Positions 59,287 to 64,000 of a stretch of 64,000 bases of DNA are shown here, piece by piece. Location of the stretch: assembly GCA_965205675.1 (NCBI GenBank), contig OZ242186.1:1344001-1408000 (forward strand), given 5' to 3'. Source of the stretch: Nitrosopumilus sp. GTDB lineage: Archaea; Thermoproteota; Nitrososphaeria; Nitrososphaerales; Nitrosopumilaceae. The position numbers and the translations under genes are program-made. Every line of letters starts with the position of its first letter. Position 1 is the stretch's first letter. The notes under the pieces are model-generated. The model was not told where the DNA came from, made no database searches, and worked only from the letters and a program-made list of their open reading frames with translations.

Positions 59287-60671
59287 GTAACTGTCTAGAG
59301 TTTTGAAGTAAAATCTCCAAGATATTCTAAAGAATAATCATGAAAGTTTAATCCTCGTAATCTGCATGTCTCTTTTATACTCATCAGTATCTTATGAGAA
59401 TCAGCACCATGAATGGTTCTATGACCGTTTGTAATTTTACGAATTATCACATTTGGTCTGATTGCCCTCTCTGCTGTGTTATTGTGTGAATCAGTTCCAG
59501 TAATTAGGAATGTAAAAAGCATTTCTCTCTCACGTTTCAATCTTTTTACAAACCTGATACAGTTTTTCTCTGTGTATTTTTTTGATATGATGTGATTAAT
59601 TCTCCTTTCAAGATTCTTTTTTGCACGGATTCTTTCTGATTCTGATTTTATTTTTGCCACACCATGAGAGTCATAAATTATTTTCTTGAGATTCTTGGCA
59701 AATGGTGCAAATTCTGGTCCGGGATTCTTGTGATTAATGGTATCATTAACCTCTCTGAGATAATGGATGTGACATTTCTGGTGAGTGTTTCCAACATGGT
59801 TCCATGCAGGGTACGAATCACTTGTAATGTTGCCATCATACTCCTTGAGAATTCTCTTGGGAACATCCATTGAACGTGATTTGTCAATCTCGTAAATTAC
59901 AGTCCATTTACTCACAAATGCCCACAACCAGTGGTTCTGGCCATCTATCCTCCAACTTGTCTCATCACCATGTATGTTTAGATCTTCTTTTAACTCTGCA
60001 ATCATTGTATCATATCTGCTCCCAAATGCTTTTGATACTGTTGATACTGCATGATTAATTGCAGATTCTGTAATGTGCAGTGAGAAGAGCATCTGCAAAA
60101 GATGAGATATTTTACCATACGATAATCCGATAGTTTTCAGTGATATGATTAGCACCATGAGCCTAATCCCAAATCTCTCATTGGGTAGCGCAGTGTGAAT
60201 GTTACCCGAGATTTGTTTTTTGCAGTTTGTATCGTCTAACTATCGTATATTTTGTCACAACTGCTTTTGCAGGAATGATGTCTTCTACTATTCTGGTGTA
60301 TGAATCAGTTGGTTCTGAGAGTGATTTGCCACATGTGTTGCACTCTTTTTGGTCAACTGTAATGGCATCATCAATGTGTGCCCGTCTGCTTCTGCTTTTT
60401 CTAGGATGTCTTGATGTTTTCTTCTTTTTTGCAGTTTCAGTCTTGTTTGGTTTTGCTTTGATATTTCTTGCAACAAGTGTAGACACTGTTTGTTTTAGTT
60501 CTGCAATTTCTCTGTGTAACTGACGGTTTTCTTGCTCCAACGAGTGACATCTGTTACGATAATATTCCAGCTCATCATATACTGACAATTGTATATTGTA
60601 ATTTGTCACTGATCAGAAAAGATATAGATAAAAAATATTAAAGAAAGTACTTCAAAACTCTAGACAGTTAC
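59287..60671 (-). mobile_element. IS66-family IS with a split transposase
   Basis: 24-bp TIR GTAACTGTCTAGAGTTTTGAAGTA; HGDETSW, SDSY and NNTAERAIRP motifs; ORFs 60202..60609 and 59295..60158. Confidence 0.9.
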
Positions 60672-60702
60672 AAAAAATCTCTATAATTACGCAAGAGGTC
60701 TA

Positions 60703-61014
60703 ATCAAAAAACATACAAGAAGGGGTTCACTATACTACACCGATGAGCATACAGCATATGCATCATTGATAATGAGAGGAAAGCACCAGATTGTATCTCA
60801 TGGAAAAGATGAGTATGCTAGAGGCGATGTTCACATCAATGGAATGGAGGGATTTTGGAGTTATGCTAAAACTTGGATGTATCATTACAAAGGAGTTTCT
60901 AAACAATATTTTCATCTGTATCTCAAAGGGATAGAATTTAGATTCAACAACAGAGATGAGAATATCTTTGAAATGTTAGCAAAAATGCTTGTAAAACCTG
61001 TTCCAAATGAGTAG
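60703..61014 (+). pseudogene. IS1595-family transposase, C-terminal fragment
   Basis: YTDE..Y..L, VSHG..EY, HING.EGFWS, YL..EFRFN. Confidence 0.85.
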
Positions 61015-61063
61015 GTATTACCATTATCTTTATATTGAAATTTCTTTGTGACCCGATTAGAAC

Positions 61064-63447
61064 ATGAATAAGCTAAAGTATGCAATACTATTCACTCTAA
61101 TATTAATTCCTGTAGCAATGAGTGATACTTTGGCTCAAAGTGTCAATGATGATTTTACCATATCAAATAGTACCTTGTCTGGATTTATTTCTGATGATGA
61201 ACCGATAGGCCCTGTAGGCATAGTCAGCGAACTGTACAAGGCACACAGTGATGTTACTGATGTAATCATCGAGAACACACTTGCAATAAACAGTGTAGGG
61301 TACGTAGATGAGCAAGTATATCTTGAGGGCACGTGGGTTGATGAGGCAAAAAACAAGCTAGTCTTATTGCTAGACCCGGTGCAGGCCCTTGATCCTTTAG
61401 ACATTGATGACATACAAGAGGGTTGGGGATTCTAGTGCCCCTAGAGATAAAGTACGGGTATTTCGTACCCGAAGTCGGAGCTTCTCAGGCCACTACTTGT
61501 CCTGCTGATTCTGGCTCATCTGTATGTTACTACTGGGACAGATACGTGGATAGATGTCTGCCAACTCATACCACAAGCAGATGTGGTACTTATGCTGATG
61601 CAATCACTTCTGCAGGATATACAGCATTGCCAACTTTGCTATCATCTACTACCGTACCTACATCTGGCACTACAAGTACCGTTCCAAGTACAAGTAGCAC
61701 ATCCAGTACCGCTCCAACATTAGGTACCGTAATATTTCAAGACACTTTTGTAAACGGCATCTCAAAATGGGTTGAATCAGGACAACGTGAATGGCAAGGA
61801 GGCACACTTGATGACTCTGCTGTGATATCTGGAGAAACGCGTTCCAACAAAATTGCAGAAGCTGATGACTGTGATGATGAATCATGCATACTTGCGTTGC
61901 GTGACTCTGTTAATTTATCAGAATATTCTGCTGCAACACTAGAATTTCACAGATATGTAGATAATAGTCTTGACCGAGGCGAATACCTCAAAGTAGAGGT
62001 TGGAAATAACAACAGATGGACTGAGATTTTCAAGTGGACAGACAGAGTCGGTGATGATTCAACATGGCACAAAGAGTCATACAACTTATCAGGCTATCTC
62101 CAAGATGGATTCAAAGTCAGATTTGTAACAGAGCAGAGCTCAAGCACAGAAGATGTTGGAATTGACAATGTAAAGATTACGGGCACTTTATCTGCTCCAT
62201 CCCAATGCACACTTGATGTACGCGCATCATTAAATGATAATGGGGGAATTGATGCTACTTGGAATAATAGTTGCAGCGATATAAAACGATACAAGGTGTA
62301 CTATTCAGAGAATGGTCAACGTAACACGTATCTTGGCAGCACGACTAGTACTGCATATACATATTCATCACCTGGTGAGGGAGATAATTACACCATCAAG
62401 GTAAAGGCCCAATATTCTAATGGTGGCAGTTACACGCAATACTTTGAGAGTAACACAGTTATGGTTCCCGTCTCAGATGTAACAAGTCCAGTAATTACGG
62501 TTCCTAGTAATATGAATATCGATTTGCCCCAATATCATACAGCAACAACTCTAAGTTACACGGCATCAGCTTATGATATGATAGACGGTACAGTTCCTGT
62601 TAGTTGTACTCCTACAAGTGGAAGTACCGCACCAATTGGCATAACTGTTGTAACTTGTACTGCTACAGATAGTGCAGCAAATGTCGGCACTGGTTCATTT
62701 ATTGTAAATGTACATGCATACACTGCACCTGTCAATCCACAAACATCAACTGTTAAGGAATTTTATGGTGGAAATGAATATAGTCTAATTACACAGAATG
62801 CAACACATGTATCTAAACCCTCATCCACATTAACCATTGGGATTACTAATTCTACAGGTATTAATGGTATTGTAGTTTCAGGACACGGTTTAGAAATAGA
62901 CCCCGGTTTTACATTTGTTGAACATGCAATTGGCGCTACTAACACAAAAATTACATCTGAATTAGTACCTGTTTCTAATTCAGGAAGCGTTGATGCTGCA
63001 TTCATACCAATTACTGAGCCAAACATAATTGTTGGTAGTAAAGTTCAAGCATTAAACGGAACTGTTTTTGATGTCACTCAAGGAACATTATCTGATGTAG
63101 AACGTGGTGAAGACTTGAGCAGTTACGGCATGCGCAACAATGGTGATGGTTCACTATTATTCAAAAATGCCACAGTATATCACAATGAAATGGTGTTTTA
63201 CAATATGGGAATAGCGCTGTATCCTAGTATGACTGGTGACAGCGGGGCTCCAATCATACGTCATTCGGATGACAATTCAAAAATTGTTGGCGTTCATAGA
63301 GGCGGAGTTTGTATATTTGATTCTGTATCTGAGAATCAACAGAGAGTAAATGTTACAAATACTAACAGTATTTGTCAAACGGATAATTACTACTACAAAG
63401 TGTTTAGTGCTTGGGAGAACGTAAAAGAGAGACTCAATCTGAGATGA
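61064..63447 (+). pseudogene. Secreted FN3/HYR protein with C-terminal trypsin-like (S1) protease domain, frameshifted near 61420
   Basis: Signal-peptide ORF 61064..61435 plus 61423..63447; VSGHG, DAAFI and GDSGAP triad motifs. Confidence 0.7.
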
Positions 63448-63674
63448 TCAAATTTCCACCATCCTATTTTTTATTTGGAATTGCAGGGGTATTATCCATA
63501 GTTTGCATCATATTTTCTATTCCTACGTCATGTGTTATAATAGTTGAAGAAGAATGTCTCCCCATGTCTAGTACAATACATAGCGAGGTAGCTATATGTA
63601 CAAGACCGCTATCACCAGATGAACAATGCACAACTGTTTGGGAAAACATCAAAACGGAGCTAAATCTCAGATAG
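63444..63674 (+). CDS. Small membrane protein sharing the C-terminal WEN.K..LNLR with the upstream gene
   Basis: ATGA overlap; hydrophobic N-terminus. Confidence 0.45.
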   Translation: MIKFPPSYFLFGIAGVLSIVCIIFSIPTSCVIIVEEECLPMSSTIHSEVAICTRPLSPDEQCTTVWENIKTELNLR

Positions 63675-63779
63675 TTTTTTTGTAACCATAACCATAACCA
63701 TATGTGCCAAAATCAGCTAGGAAATTAGATGGTACTTGCATTCGTATCAAGAAAGTAAGAAATGCAAACAAACACACTA

Positions 63780-63831
63780 CCCTTCCTGAAAAAAAATATT
63801 TGATGTTTGTAGGATTGGATGTTCACAAGAA
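63780..63831 (+). pseudogene. IS110 transposase N-terminal fragment
   Basis: KYLMFVGLDVHKN, interrupted by an IS3-like end. Confidence 0.6.
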
Positions 63832-64000
63832 CTTGGAGTGGACCCCTGTTTTTAGTACCACTTTTTGCATAATCTTACATACAGTCTGATTCATTTATGT
63901 TTTCATCTCCCATAACTCCATGAATTCATCAGGAGTAAGGTATCCTAACGCTGAATGAATCCTGGAACCATTGTAATCGATTCGTGCTTTCTCTAGAGCA
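63832..64000 (-). mobile_element. IS3-family element, 3' end (continues beyond the window)
   Basis: Minus strand reads IDYNGSRIHSALGYLTPDEF, followed by a TIR-like end. Confidence 0.75.

Overview
This looks like an archaeal window, probably Nitrosopumilaceae/Nitrososphaerota. The evidence is a Nitrosopumilus-type secreted-protein motif, an ISH3-family IS and an archaeal-type HAD phosphatase. It has two very different halves. (1) Positions 1 to ~37.7 kb, open to the left, are an entirely plus-strand array of 15 gene cassettes of roughly 1.4-4.4 kb each. Every cassette begins with a conserved ~140-bp non-coding element that folds into several hairpins with compensatory base changes and ends in a purine-rich SD-like motif (GGAG, usually AAAGGAGG). 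The first ORF usually starts with a shared leader peptide (MVRQNSASESTQNNSQNP-like). The cargo is small phage/plasmid leading-region-type genes: ArdC-like, DUF2958-like, Hsp90/rIIA-like GHKL ATPases, SWIM Zn-fingers and a thermonuclease. Most cassettes end in either a RelE/ParE toxin-antitoxin pair or a 2-TM coiled-coil protein with variable heptad number. Chimeric junctions and tandem duplications show active shuffling. No integrase, capsid or conjugation gene is visible in the window. This repeat-delimited cassette array is the best candidate for an undescribed system. (2) Positions ~38-64 kb are a defence/decay region: tandem repeats, a Kiwa-like pair, a type IIG restriction-modification gene plus a PLD-SNF2 helicase, split secreted HYR/FN3 proteins, a MITE-like element and a pile-up of truncated IS elements (IS5-like, ISH3, IS110, IS66, IS1595, IS3). 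All family calls are from motif recognition by eye, with no database search.
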